A stretch of 63,840 nucleotides of DNA, from the NCBI GenBank assembly GCA_905372495.1, contig CAJPPG010000001.1, positions 1-63,840 of the forward strand. The letters run 5' to 3'. Below, piece after piece: positions 8,541-17,656 of the stretch. The number at the start of each line of letters is the position of its first letter. Position 1 is the stretch's first letter. A program made the translations under genes and the position numbers. This DNA is from Candidatus Saccharimonadota bacterium. Its GTDB lineage: Bacteria > Patescibacteriota > Saccharimonadia > Saccharimonadales > Saccharimonadaceae. The notes under the pieces were generated by a model. It worked only from the letters and a program-made list of their open reading frames with translations. It made no database searches and was not told the origin of the DNA.

Positions 8541-10241
8541 CTAATTATAATATTTATAATAATTATCGCCACGACGCTCGTCAACTGTGCGGTTTAAGAC
8601 CACGCCAGAGATTTTAACTTCGATTGACTCAAGCGCCTTCTTTGAATTTTGGAGATCTTCAATCGTAGTCATATTAGCAGCACTAACAAGTACTAAGCGA
8701 TCAGTTTTCTTAGCCAAGATTAATGAATCGGAAAGACCATCAATTGGCGTACCGTCAAGAATTACATAATCAAATTTTTGCTTTACTTTCTCAAGTAATT
8801 CTTCCATGATTGCAGAATCGAGCAATTCGCTTGGGTTTGGTGGTACTACGCCACGTGTAATAATTGAAAGATTTTTAACGGTTGTCTTTTGTAGATATTC
8901 ACGATATTCACCTAACTTACTCTCAGCTAAAAGATTTGATAAGCCTTCTTTGTTGGATAAGCCAAAAATCTCGTGCTGACGGCCAAGACGCATGTCACAG
9001 TCGACTAGGAGCACTTTTTTCTTGGTCTTTGCAAAGGCCACGGCTAGGTTTGAAGCGATAAAGCTTTTACCTTCGTTTGGCGTGGAACTGGTGATCAAAA
9101 CTGCGTTTGAGTCTTTCTTGTTTAGGGAGAAGTATAGACTGGTACGAATAGTACGAAAATCTTCACTGACCTTGGATTTTGGATTATCTCTCAGTACTAG
9201 CTCAGAATCCTCGTCTAGCAATTCTTCATTAAACTCATCGTTTTCAGCCTCATCTGCCTTCACCTCTGCAGCTAACTTTTCTTGTAGAGCCTTCTCCTCA
9301 GCAATAATTTTGCGACCAACCGCCTTAATTTCCACCACTGGCTTCACTTCTGTCTTGGTTATATGTTCTGCCTGGGCTGCTTCAGCACCCGTCTCCTCGC
9401 CATCCTGATAATCAACGCCAAGTTCCTCGTTATTAACTTTTTCTTGTTTCTCAAGTTTTGCGGCTAGTTTCTCTGCCTTCTTGGCCTCTTTTTGCTGCTC
9501 TTTCTCTAATTTTGCAGCCAGTTTAGCTTCTAATTTCGCAGCCTTTTCAGCGTGTTTCTTGCGTTGTTGTTTTTGTTTCTCGGTCTCAAGTTTACGGATT
9601 TTACCATAAATAGGAAGTTTGAAGAGTTGTTCAATTTGTTCAGTAGTCTTAATTGTGCGGTCAATATAGAACATTAAGAAAATTACGGCAGTTGCCAGCA
9701 CAATACCGGCCGCTGCATAAATAGCCTCTTGCTTAACCAGGTCCACATTATGTGGTTTCTGTGGCTCCACTGCACGGTCAAGTACATTTACACTCTTATC
9801 ATTGTAAATCTGGCCAATTTCGTTTGTGAAAGTGTCGGCAATCGTGTTAGCAAGGGAATAGCTGTGGTTTTTATCTCGGTCCACCACCGAAATGCTAATA
9901 ATTTCTGTATCCTTCAAAGATGCAACGGTCACTTTCTTTACCAACTGCTCATAAGTGTCATCAATTTGCATTTCGTTCTTCACGCGATCAAGCACGCGAT
10001 GTGATTTTACGACTTCCGTATAAGTATCAATCAAATTCTTGTTTGCATTGATTTCACTCTGCACGGTGTTCTTTGATTTGTCAGAGCTTAAGATTACTGT
10101 TGCCTGTGCCTTATATTCTGGCTTTAATAAAAATACTGAATAGATTGTTCCAGCTGAAACCACAAAAAGTACCATTACGATAAATAAAATCAGGTGCTTC
10201 TTGAAATAGCTGAGCAAATCCCTTAAATTAATCTCTTCCAT
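8541..10241 (-). CDS. Fused CpsC (Wzz-like) and CpsD BY-kinase with a long charged linker
   Basis: MEEINLRDL N-terminus with 2 TMs; SEDFRTIRT, Walker A STPNEGKS, LVDCDMR, PPNPSELL, VILDGTP; C-terminal tyrosine cluster NYYKYYN. Confidence 0.92.
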   Translation of the reverse strand: MEEINLRDLLSYFKKHLILFIVMVLFVVSAGTIYSVFLLKPEYKAQATVILSSDKSKNTVQSEINANKNLIDTYTEVVKSHRVLDRVKNEMQIDDTYEQLVKKVTVASLKDTEIISISVVDRDKNHSYSLANTIADTFTNEIGQIYNDKSVNVLDRAVEPQKPHNVDLVKQEAIYAAAGIVLATAVIFLMFYIDRTIKTTEQIEQLFKLPIYGKIRKLETEKQKQQRKKHAEKAAKLEAKLAAKLEKEQQKEAKKAEKLAAKLEKQEKVNNEELGVDYQDGEETGAEAAQAEHITKTEVKPVVEIKAVGRKIIAEEKALQEKLAAEVKADEAENDEFNEELLDEDSELVLRDNPKSKVSEDFRTIRTSLYFSLNKKDSNAVLITSSTPNEGKSFIASNLAVAFAKTKKKVLLVDCDMRLGRQHEIFGLSNKEGLSNLLAESKLGEYREYLQKTTVKNLSIITRGVVPPNPSELLDSAIMEELLEKVKQKFDYVILDGTPIDGLSDSLILAKKTDRLVLVSAANMTTIEDLQNSKKALESIEVKISGVVLNRTVDERRGDNYYKYYN

Positions 10242-10379
10242 ACGCGGTATATTATAACATATTTATGGGTACTCTGTAAAGACTAACTACACCAAACTGC
10301 CAATATTGCAAAAACATAAGCCTTATCTGTTGAGGCTTCATAGTTCGCGAACTTACTCCTACTCCCACCCCTGTAAAAC

Positions 10380-10408
10380 TTGCATTTTTTAAACATTTCT
10401 GCTAAAAT
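10380..10408 (+). promoter_or_regulatory. Sigma70 promoter TTGCAT-N17-TAAAAT with extended TG
   Basis: Near-consensus hexamers, 17-bp spacing and TGn before the -10 box. Confidence 0.6.
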
Positions 10409-10413
10409 CTCAG

Positions 10414-10682
10414 GTATTGCTCTTTTCCACAAGTCATTCTAGAGTATTTTGACTAACGAGGTGGGTGGTCGGTCGTGAGCAATAGAATTAAACGGAGTAA
10501 GAAATTTACTTATGCGTAGACTTAAACGTGAATCTTCGCGCAAAAAGTCGAAAATTCCTCCTGCCCCTTGGCAAGAGTTCATTATTTACTAATCCGAAGG
10601 GTCAAACTTCATAAAGACGATGTCTTTATCTGTGAATAGTAAGTAAGGAAAATACCACTTCAATCGAGGTGGTATTTTTTTA
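10414..10682 (+). ncRNA. Candidate structured sRNA, or mRNA for a 26-aa peptide at 10512-10592
   Basis: Bounded by a promoter and a terminator; almost the whole length forms nested stems. Confidence 0.45.
10649..10682 (+). terminator. Intrinsic terminator
   Basis: AAAATACCACTTC-aatc-GAGGTGGTATTTT followed by a T run. Confidence 0.75.
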
Positions 10683-10788
10683 TTCAATGTTTTAATTATA
10701 GTAGAGCTTGCGTTATGTAGTAAATATTATGCAATATAAAAACTATCCAAAATTGGATAAGTACTTTTAGAAAGGTTGGTGACTATGA

Positions 10789-12000
10789 ATGCCAAAAAAT
10801 TCAAGTCTCGACTCCCTGAAATCCAGAGAGCAAGATGCATTTCATCGTAAACAGTTAGTATTTAAGGATTATCTTGATGCTAAAAATCGTGCTGACATTA
10901 CATATAGTGCAATGCAAGCTGCCCGCCAAGAGTGTCGTACTGCAAGAGAAGAAATGAATCGTGAATATGAGGATATGTAGCGCTCTAGTAATAACTTCCG
11001 TGAAGTTTGGGATGAATACGGTAAAATCCGTGATATAAACAACGCCCACATTGAATCGCTTCGCCAGGAAGCGGAATATGAACATCGAGAGATGCAAGAT
11101 TGTTTCGATAGAGCTGGAAACTGCTATCATTACGGCGATAAGTCCGAAGCCCCTTACTGGTCTTCTCAGGGGCACGATCATAAATATCGTCGTGACAATA
11201 TTAATGAAGAAGTGAGTAGGCTTTGTCAGGAGGTGAAAACCGCAAGACAGAATGCTGAATGGCGAGCCCCTAAAACCGATAGCTCTGCATTTCAAAGGGC
11301 GAAGGAGTCCTTTAATGATGCTAAGTCTCGTCAAAAATCTGCAGAAGCGGAGTTTGATAGATTAAAAACCGAACGCGACCAATACAAAGCCAAATTCGAT
11401 TCCATACAGGCAGAGTATCTCCGTCTGAAGGAAGAATTTCAGGAAAAATTGGCCCAAGTCAAACAGGATAATCAGCAAGAACGCGATAAAATCCTTGATA
11501 AGGCTGGTGTAAGTTGGTCTAACCGTGAGGATGCGAAAATCGTCAAGAAGGCAGACGGTACTACTCAGATTTATTATGGTGGTCTCTTGTCTGGCGATGG
11601 ACTAGGTCATGGACATGCTGCGCTTGATCAGTTTGATGATAAAACCTACGATCGTGGCGCCTTTGAGAAACACGGGAGTCAGAACTATATTAATAATAGT
11701 AAAGAATCAAAGAATTATAGTCGTAATGTCCACGAAGAGCAGGAGAGTCAAAAACTTATCAAAAAACAATATGGATTTTTTGATAATAAGCCGGCTAAGG
11801 TTTATCCAGATAAACGTCAAAAACATGAGGGTTGGTTGAATATTTTGTATTCTGATAAAGGAGACTTTACTCGTGAAAGCGACCATGGACATATCCTCAT
11901 AAATGAAGCTGGCAGTGTAATTATTTGGCGTGATCAGGGTCAAAAACACGGTGACGAGTATCTTATTGATGGGTCAAAAGACGATCACACGAAAATTTGA
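10789..12000 (+). pseudogene. Coiled-coil, DUF1771-like protein with two HGH-motif segments, interrupted by one in-frame TAG (10978-10980)
   Basis: ORFs 10789 and 11092 are in the same frame and the interval after the TAG is open (RSSNNFREVWDEYGK...). CFDRAGNCYHYGDKSEAPYWSSQGH resembles DUF1771. Confidence 0.7.
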
Positions 12001-12026
12001 CCAATGCTATGTGGTTAATCACCCTT

Positions 12027-12053
12027 GACCGGCATTATTTGTCGGTCTTTTTT
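12027..12053 (+). terminator. Intrinsic terminator
   Basis: GACCGGCA-ttatt-TGTCGGTC followed by a T run. Confidence 0.65.
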
Positions 12054-12072
12054 ATGATAGAATATTTTTATT

Positions 12073-12435
12073 ATGGAGCTTGAAAAGAAAGAACTTAGTG
12101 AGATTATTAAGTCATATGGATTTGATAATCTGATTTTTGATAGTTTTAGGCAAGTAGAACCAGACACTGCTTTATATATCTTTCATAGTGAAGAGAATAT
12201 TCAGTATTGTCTTGTTATGGCAGATTTTTTAACCGACGATATTGAAATACCATGTGATTTTACATTCGATTACTACATTGATTCTGTTGTAAAATTCAGA
12301 GCGATTAAGCAATTCTCGTATGTAGAAAATGCGCCTAAAAGAGCAAAAGGCTATATAGACGATCAAAAACATTTTACTAGAACCAGTAATGGCGATATCT
12401 GCGTATTATTAGCTGTTGATAATTTAGAGTACTAA
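12073..12435 (+). CDS. Hypothetical protein (acidic, AT-rich gene)
   Basis: 120-aa ORF preceded by a TGnTAGAAT -10 element. Confidence 0.7.
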   Translation: MELEKKELSEIIKSYGFDNLIFDSFRQVEPDTALYIFHSEENIQYCLVMADFLTDDIEIPCDFTFDYYIDSVVKFRAIKQFSYVENAPKRAKGYIDDQKHFTRTSNGDICVLLAVDNLEY

Positions 12436-12443
12436 CCAAATTT

Positions 12444-13109
12444 ATGCAATTATATAACAAGATGGATAAACAATCTATTGAGAGTAAAATTAATGTTATT
12501 GCTAAATACTTTGCAGATAAGCAGCCAGAAAATATTACATTTATAGATGCAGATACATACGATTACGAATTGTTTACTCTATATGAAAAATGGAATCAGC
12601 TAGTCTCTGCCGAGGAATTTGCTGATTACTTTTCATATATTGATAAGCTTTGGGAACTATTGGCAAATTGGAAACCAGATGATGTAGAATCAATTCAAAC
12701 TAAACGTCAAATTGTTGAATTAGCGAAAAAACATTTGACGAAGGCTATTAGAAATAATAAATTTATGGAGAAGCAAGAAATACTAAATGGTATTAGCAAG
12801 GAATTAAAGAGTTTATCCTCGGAAACGCCCTACGAACTTTCCTGTGCTGTGGATTGTTACGCAGATGATTATGATGAGGATAGTATTCGTGCACTTATCT
12901 ATAAATGGAATCAATCAGGAAATAAAGATTTTAACGAACTTTTTCCAATAACGGCTAAGCTGGTGTTGGAACTTAAAAAAGTTAATGACGGTATTGAGAG
13001 GTCAAAAGAAGAATACGCGACTATCATTTCTTTAGCAGAAGAAGCTCTAGCTGAAATACAAAATTATAGAGTGCTGTGTCACGGTATTAATGAGAAGAAG
13101 AAACAGTAG
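12444..13109 (+). CDS. Hypothetical protein made of two related ~105-aa modules
   Basis: The second half (MEKQEILNGISKEL...) is clearly paralogous to 13505..13822; the first half is a more diverged copy. Confidence 0.75.
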   Translation: MQLYNKMDKQSIESKINVIAKYFADKQPENITFIDADTYDYELFTLYEKWNQLVSAEEFADYFSYIDKLWELLANWKPDDVESIQTKRQIVELAKKHLTKAIRNNKFMEKQEILNGISKELKSLSSETPYELSCAVDCYADDYDEDSIRALIYKWNQSGNKDFNELFPITAKLVLELKKVNDGIERSKEEYATIISLAEEALAEIQNYRVLCHGINEKKKQ

Positions 13110-13118
13110 TCAGTCTAA

Positions 13119-13142
13119 AAAGGCAGGAGTATTCCTGCCTTT
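13119..13142. terminator. Bidirectional terminator
   Basis: AAAGGCAGGA-gtat-TCCTGCCTTT between convergent genes. Confidence 0.7.
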
Positions 13143-13145
13143 AAT

Positions 13146-13484
13146 TTATATCAAGAATAAAGCGTACATATTATAGTAAAGATATTTCCTGATTGGATCC
13201 ATTTTATCTTCAATAACTTCTAATGTTTCTGGTTTTCGTAAAATTGGTTTTTTAATAGTAATCCCATTTTCTTTATAAAAATTAATTTCTTCCTCAACAC
13301 CTGGGTGCCAATATGTGTTAACGAGAAGATATTTTAAGTTACTCTCCTGATTTTCTATAATCCAATAGAGTTCACTTTCGCCAAATTCACCGTATTTTTC
13401 TATTATGTATTTTTCTGTTGGCACCTCAAACTTAGAGATTATTTCTCCAAGTTTAGAATTATCCATCTTATATATATTATCCAT
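13146..13484 (-). CDS. Hypothetical protein
   Basis: 112-aa ORF; TATAAT 6 nt before the ATG. Confidence 0.7.
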   Translation of the reverse strand: MDNIYKMDNSKLGEIISKFEVPTEKYIIEKYGEFGESELYWIIENQESNLKYLLVNTYWHPGVEEEINFYKENGITIKKPILRKPETLEVIEDKMDPIRKYLYYNMYALFLI

Positions 13485-13504
13485 AGTGTTATTATATAAA
13501 ATAT

Positions 13505-13822
13505 ATGAAACAACAAGAAATACTAAACGGTATCAGTAGGGAATTAGAGGGTTTATCTTCGGAAAATCCTCGTGACTTTTATTTTGCTATAGATTGTTAT
13601 GCGGACAATTATGATGAAGACAGTATTGGAGCCTTAATTTATAAATGGGAGCAACGCGGTTTTGGTGATTTTAAGAAAAAATTTCCAATAACATCAAGAT
13701 TATATGCTCAATTGGAGAATATGAATGATGGCATTGAAAGATCAAGAGAGGATTATGTCGCTATTATTTCTCTAGCAAAAGACGCTCTAACCGAAATAAA
13801 AGACTTCAAGGCATTTGATTGA
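13505..13822 (+). CDS. Hypothetical protein, paralog of the C-terminal half of 12444..13109
   Basis: Shared QEILNGIS.EL..LSSE.P......DCYAD.YDEDSI.ALIYKW and NDGIERS.E.Y..IISLA. Confidence 0.75.
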   Translation: MKQQEILNGISRELEGLSSENPRDFYFAIDCYADNYDEDSIGALIYKWEQRGFGDFKKKFPITSRLYAQLENMNDGIERSREDYVAIISLAKDALTEIKDFKAFD

Positions 13823-13887
13823 GTCTAGAGTACTAGAAGCTCGTCTATATTCTCCTCTATTCCCCCAAGATATGGTATTATGTTTTT

Positions 13888-15651
13888 ATGAGAATATTGT
13901 CTGGAGAATTGAAAACTAAATTAAATGAAAAAGTAACTGTTGCTGGTTGGGTGAACTCCCGCCGTGATCATGGTGGTCTGATTTTTATCGATCTACGTGA
14001 TCATCAAGGGGTTATTCAGCTAGTTATTACTCCAGAAAATCAGCATGCCTTCAGCTTAGCCGAGACTTTGCGCGATGAATTTGTGATTTCTGCTACTGGC
14101 GCAATCCGTGAGCGTGCTGCCGATCTCAAAAACCCTAATATTGCAACCGGCGATATTGAACTTGTTGTTGAAGATATTGAACTTCTAAATCGCGCCGACA
14201 CCCCTCCAGTCAATACCCACGACGATGGTCCTGAATCCGGCGAAGAACTTCGTCTTAAATATCGCTATCTTGATTTGCGTCGTCCAAGCATGCAGAAGAC
14301 CCTAAGACGCCGTGCTAAATTCTATTCATACCTCCGTAACTACATGGATCAACATGACTTTATCGAGGTTACTACTCCAATTCTCGCCAACTCCAGTCCT
14401 GAAGGCGCTCGCGACTTTCTCGTTCCTTCTCGTTTAAAGCCAGGACTCTTTTACGCTCTTCCTCAAGCTCCTCAGCAATTTAAGCAACTCCTCATGGTTG
14501 GTGGTCTGCCACGCTATTATCAGATCGCTCCTTGTTTCCGTGATGAGGATCCTCGAGCTGATCGTCTTTATGGTGATTTTTATCAGCTCGACTGTGAAAT
14601 GTCTTTTGTGGACCAAGGTGAAACTGTCAGGCAAACTGTTGAACCTCTCATTAAATCTCTTGTTACTGACTTTGCTGGCAAAAAACTTTTCTCAGAAGAC
14701 ATCCCACGTATTCCATATCAGGAATCTATGGAAAAATATGGTGTCGACAAACCAGATCTTCGCTATGGCATGGAAATGATTGAGCTTACGGAAATCTTGA
14801 AAGACACCAGCTTCAAAGTCTTTCAGAGTCCATGTGTCAAAGCTATTCGCGTTGAGAACGGTGCATCGCTTACTCGTTCTCAGATTGACTTATTCACTGA
14901 GAAGGCTAGGAAACTTGGTGCTTCTGGTCTGGCCTACATTATGTATGAAAATGGTACCGAAAAGAGCCCAATCGCAAAGTTCTTACAACCTGAAGAGTTA
15001 GCTAAAATTAAAGAAGGTACCGGTGCTAAAGATGGTGACTCCGTCTTCTTCTGTTCAGATGACCGTGCTAAGGTCAATAAAATTCTTGGTCAGCTCCGTA
15101 TTGCCTTTGCTGATCACTTCAATCTTAAGGATGATTCCGTCGTAGCTCTCTGTTGGATTGTTGATTTTCCATTCTACGAATGGAATGATGGCGAACACAA
15201 ACTCGACTTCGGACACAATCCATTCTCTATGCCAAAAGGTGGTCTTAAAGCTCTTGAAGAGGCTGCTACTGATGAAGAAAAGCTTGCCATTGTTGCCGAT
15301 CAGTATGATATGGTAATGAACGGCTATGAAATCTGTTCTGGTGCTGTCCGAAATCACAGTCCAGAGATCATGTATAAGGTTTTTGGTATTCTTGGCTATG
15401 ATCACACATACGTTGAAAAACGCTTTGGTGGCATGCTCAATGCTTTTAAGTTTGGTGCTCCTCCTCACGCTGGCTGTGCCTTTGGTATTGAGCGTATTTT
15501 CATGGTCCTAAATGATACAAAAAATATCCGTGATATTGTTGCTTTCCCAAAGAATGGTTCCGGTATCGATCTCATGATGAGTTCTCCATCCTTTGTTGAT
15601 GAATATCAACTCAAGGATACTCATATTCAAATTATTGAAGACGAAGAATAG
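13888..15651 (+). CDS. aspS: Aspartate--tRNA ligase
   Basis: RRDHGGLIFIDLRD, LRLKYRYLDLRR, PEGARDFLVP, LPQAPQQFKQLLM, GAPPHAG. Confidence 0.97.
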   Translation: MRILSGELKTKLNEKVTVAGWVNSRRDHGGLIFIDLRDHQGVIQLVITPENQHAFSLAETLRDEFVISATGAIRERAADLKNPNIATGDIELVVEDIELLNRADTPPVNTHDDGPESGEELRLKYRYLDLRRPSMQKTLRRRAKFYSYLRNYMDQHDFIEVTTPILANSSPEGARDFLVPSRLKPGLFYALPQAPQQFKQLLMVGGLPRYYQIAPCFRDEDPRADRLYGDFYQLDCEMSFVDQGETVRQTVEPLIKSLVTDFAGKKLFSEDIPRIPYQESMEKYGVDKPDLRYGMEMIELTEILKDTSFKVFQSPCVKAIRVENGASLTRSQIDLFTEKARKLGASGLAYIMYENGTEKSPIAKFLQPEELAKIKEGTGAKDGDSVFFCSDDRAKVNKILGQLRIAFADHFNLKDDSVVALCWIVDFPFYEWNDGEHKLDFGHNPFSMPKGGLKALEEAATDEEKLAIVADQYDMVMNGYEICSGAVRNHSPEIMYKVFGILGYDHTYVEKRFGGMLNAFKFGAPPHAGCAFGIERIFMVLNDTKNIRDIVAFPKNGSGIDLMMSSPSFVDEYQLKDTHIQIIEDEE

Positions 15652-15683
15652 GAGTCGACGCAAAAACTTGAGTGACTTTACAT

Positions 15684-15712
15684 AAAAAATCTACACTAAG
15701 TGTAGATTTTTT
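15684..15712. terminator. Bidirectional terminator between aspS and uppP
   Basis: AAAAAATCTACAC-taa-GTGTAGATTTTTT. Confidence 0.8.
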
Positions 15713-15726
15713 GTTGGATTGCCTAT

Positions 15727-16533
15727 TTAGAAGAAGAGGATTATGTTAAGCAGGATACATGCCAATATAACACGGTAGTAACCAAAGGTCGGAATTGAAC
15801 TCTCCTTTTTGAAGAATTTCATAACTACTTTCAAAGCAATTAATCCAGAGACAAAGGCGACTAAGTTAGAGAATAATAGCATCTGCCAGTTTGCTCCAAT
15901 GTAGGCGCGACTTGAGCTAGAGATTAGTGATTTTCCGCAGACTGCGAGCATAATTGGTAGGGAAGCCAGAAAAGAGTATTTAGCTGCCGCTGCTGACTTC
16001 ATACCCATCACGCGACCGGCAATAATCGTTGAACCTGAACGTGAAACGCCTGGAATTAAAGCAAATACCTGCGCCAGACCGATTATTAAAGCTCTCTGAT
16101 GGGGTAATTTATTTTCGTCAGTCTCTGAAAGATGTGGTAGACTATTTACGAAAATCATCACCAGTCCGACAGCGCCCATTGCAATCGCAATTGTGGTGAG
16201 GCTTGAGAAAAAGCCCTGCTGTTCGATAAATTTAGAAAGTAATAAACCGATAATTCCGGCTGGGATTGAAGTGATTAAAAGGTTGAGTGCCATATGTAGA
16301 TCGCGTTTTACAAAAACCTGCTTAAAGATCTTTAAAATCTCTTTGCGATAATAAATTAAAAGAGCAAGCAGAGTACCAAAGTTGATCAATTCTAAAAAGA
16401 AATGAAAATCTTCCGCCCGATTCCCAGCACCCGATAGTTTTTGTACAATTTCTAGGTGTCCAGATGAAGAGACTGGAATAAATTCGGTTAGTCCCTGCGT
16501 CAAACCTAGCACAAGTGATTCGATTACATTCAT
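15727..16533 (-). CDS. uppP: Undecaprenyl-diphosphate phosphatase
   Basis: QGLTEFIPVSSSGHL and LIPGVSRSGSTI motifs. Confidence 0.95.
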   Translation of the reverse strand: MNVIESLVLGLTQGLTEFIPVSSSGHLEIVQKLSGAGNRAEDFHFFLELINFGTLLALLIYYRKEILKIFKQVFVKRDLHMALNLLITSIPAGIIGLLLSKFIEQQGFFSSLTTIAIAMGAVGLVMIFVNSLPHLSETDENKLPHQRALIIGLAQVFALIPGVSRSGSTIIAGRVMGMKSAAAAKYSFLASLPIMLAVCGKSLISSSSRAYIGANWQMLLFSNLVAFVSGLIALKVVMKFFKKESSIPTFGYYRVILACILLNIILFF

Positions 16534-16632
16534 ACTAGCATTATAGCTAATAATCTGTTTTCTTTACAATCTTGAAATATCATGTATAATATGTCAAAAG
16601 AATATTATTAAAAATCACAGGGAATTAAATTA

Positions 16633-16965
16633 ATGCCGATTATCAAATCTGCAAAAAAGGCAGCACGCCAAGCAGTCAAACGCACTGCGCAGAATCAACA
16701 AATTAAAAAGTTCATCAAGGCCGCTCTTAAGGCTTTCAAGGCTGATCCTACTCCTGAAAATCTTTCAAAAGCTCAGTCTGAGTATGATAAGGCCGCCAAG
16801 AAGGGTCTTTTGAAGAAAAATACCGCTTCTCGTCGTAAAGCAAACTTAGTTAAAATCGCTAAGAATGCCAAAAATGAAGCCCAATCAGCTCCAAAAAAGA
16901 CTGTGAAGAAAGCAGCTGCTAAAAAACCTGCAGCCAAGAAGACTGTTAAAAAATCTGCAAAATAA
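16633..16965 (+). CDS. rpsT: 30S ribosomal protein S20 with a Lys/Ala-rich tail
   Basis: MPIIKSAKK...DKAAKKGLLKKNTASRRK. Confidence 0.95.
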   Translation: MPIIKSAKKAARQAVKRTAQNQQIKKFIKAALKAFKADPTPENLSKAQSEYDKAAKKGLLKKNTASRRKANLVKIAKNAKNEAQSAPKKTVKKAAAKKPAAKKTVKKSAK

Positions 16966-16968
16966 TTC

Positions 16969-16998
16969 AAAAATAGGATCTGAGCGATCCTATTTTTT
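16969..16998. terminator. Bidirectional terminator
   Basis: AAAAATAGGATC-tgagc-GATCCTATTTTTT. Confidence 0.75.
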
Positions 16999-17020
16999 AC
17001 ACACTTTCTCCTTGTCTATT

Positions 17021-17656
17021 TTATAAACTTGATAATTCAATTAAAAAACTTTCGAGAACCACCCAAGGCTCTTTAGAGAAACTAGTCTGCTTCAGTAGCA
17101 TGTCAATTTCTGCTAGTCTCTTTATGATCCTTTTTTCTTTTTCTGCGTTCTTTTTAGAGGCAAAAAGATCAACTGCCTTTTTTGTCCAAGCACCAATTGT
17201 CGCATAAGGATTATTATCTTCTTCCGCCTCGCGCATTAATTTTACAGCTCTCTTTCCGTCGGTCAAGGCAATATCGAAAACTCGAAAAACCAAAAAGGTG
17301 TCCACTTGTTCTGGCAGTTTAAAGCTCTCTATCTTAATCTTCTGAGGCTCGGTCTTAGCTATTTCCGCCAGCTCCTTATAAGTCGCATTGCGTTTATCTA
17401 GTTTTTGTTCTAAAATCGCTACCTGATGTTCAGTTTGTAAAAACTTTGGAAGTTCCAGAAATAGCTCTTTTTTCAAGCTCAAATCTTTAATCAAAATATG
17501 GCGACTCTCCATAAAAAGAGTCGTGCCCTGAAAAATTGAAACCAAATCCTGCTTTTCTAGATTGTCAGCATCAATGATTTCAATATCCGACCCTAGATAA
17601 TCTCGTGCTGCTTGCTCTGCTCTCTTGCGATCATCGCCATCAATTAAATAAATCAT
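17021..17656 (-). CDS. holA: Shortened DNA polymerase III delta subunit-like protein
   Basis: MIYLIDGDD start, TTLF...HILIK motif, C-terminal LAEIDMLLK...P..VLE; conserved holA-rpsT adjacency. Confidence 0.65.
   Translation of the reverse strand: MIYLIDGDDRKRAEQAARDYLGSDIEIIDADNLEKQDLVSIFQGTTLFMESRHILIKDLSLKKELFLELPKFLQTEHQVAILEQKLDKRNATYKELAEIAKTEPQKIKIESFKLPEQVDTFLVFRVFDIALTDGKRAVKLMREAEEDNNPYATIGAWTKKAVDLFASKKNAEKEKRIIKRLAEIDMLLKQTSFSKEPWVVLESFLIELSSL

Noticed and set aside
10414..10682. T-box, tmRNA, RNase P or SRP RNA
   Set aside because: The T-box UGGNACC antiterminator, tRNA-like ends, the GAGGAAAGUCC motif and the SRP loop are all absent.
10978..10980. Genome-wide TAG or TGA recoding
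   Set aside because: Conserved genes end properly at TAG (aspS, efp, gpmI, murA) and TGA (cas1, cas2, truB).
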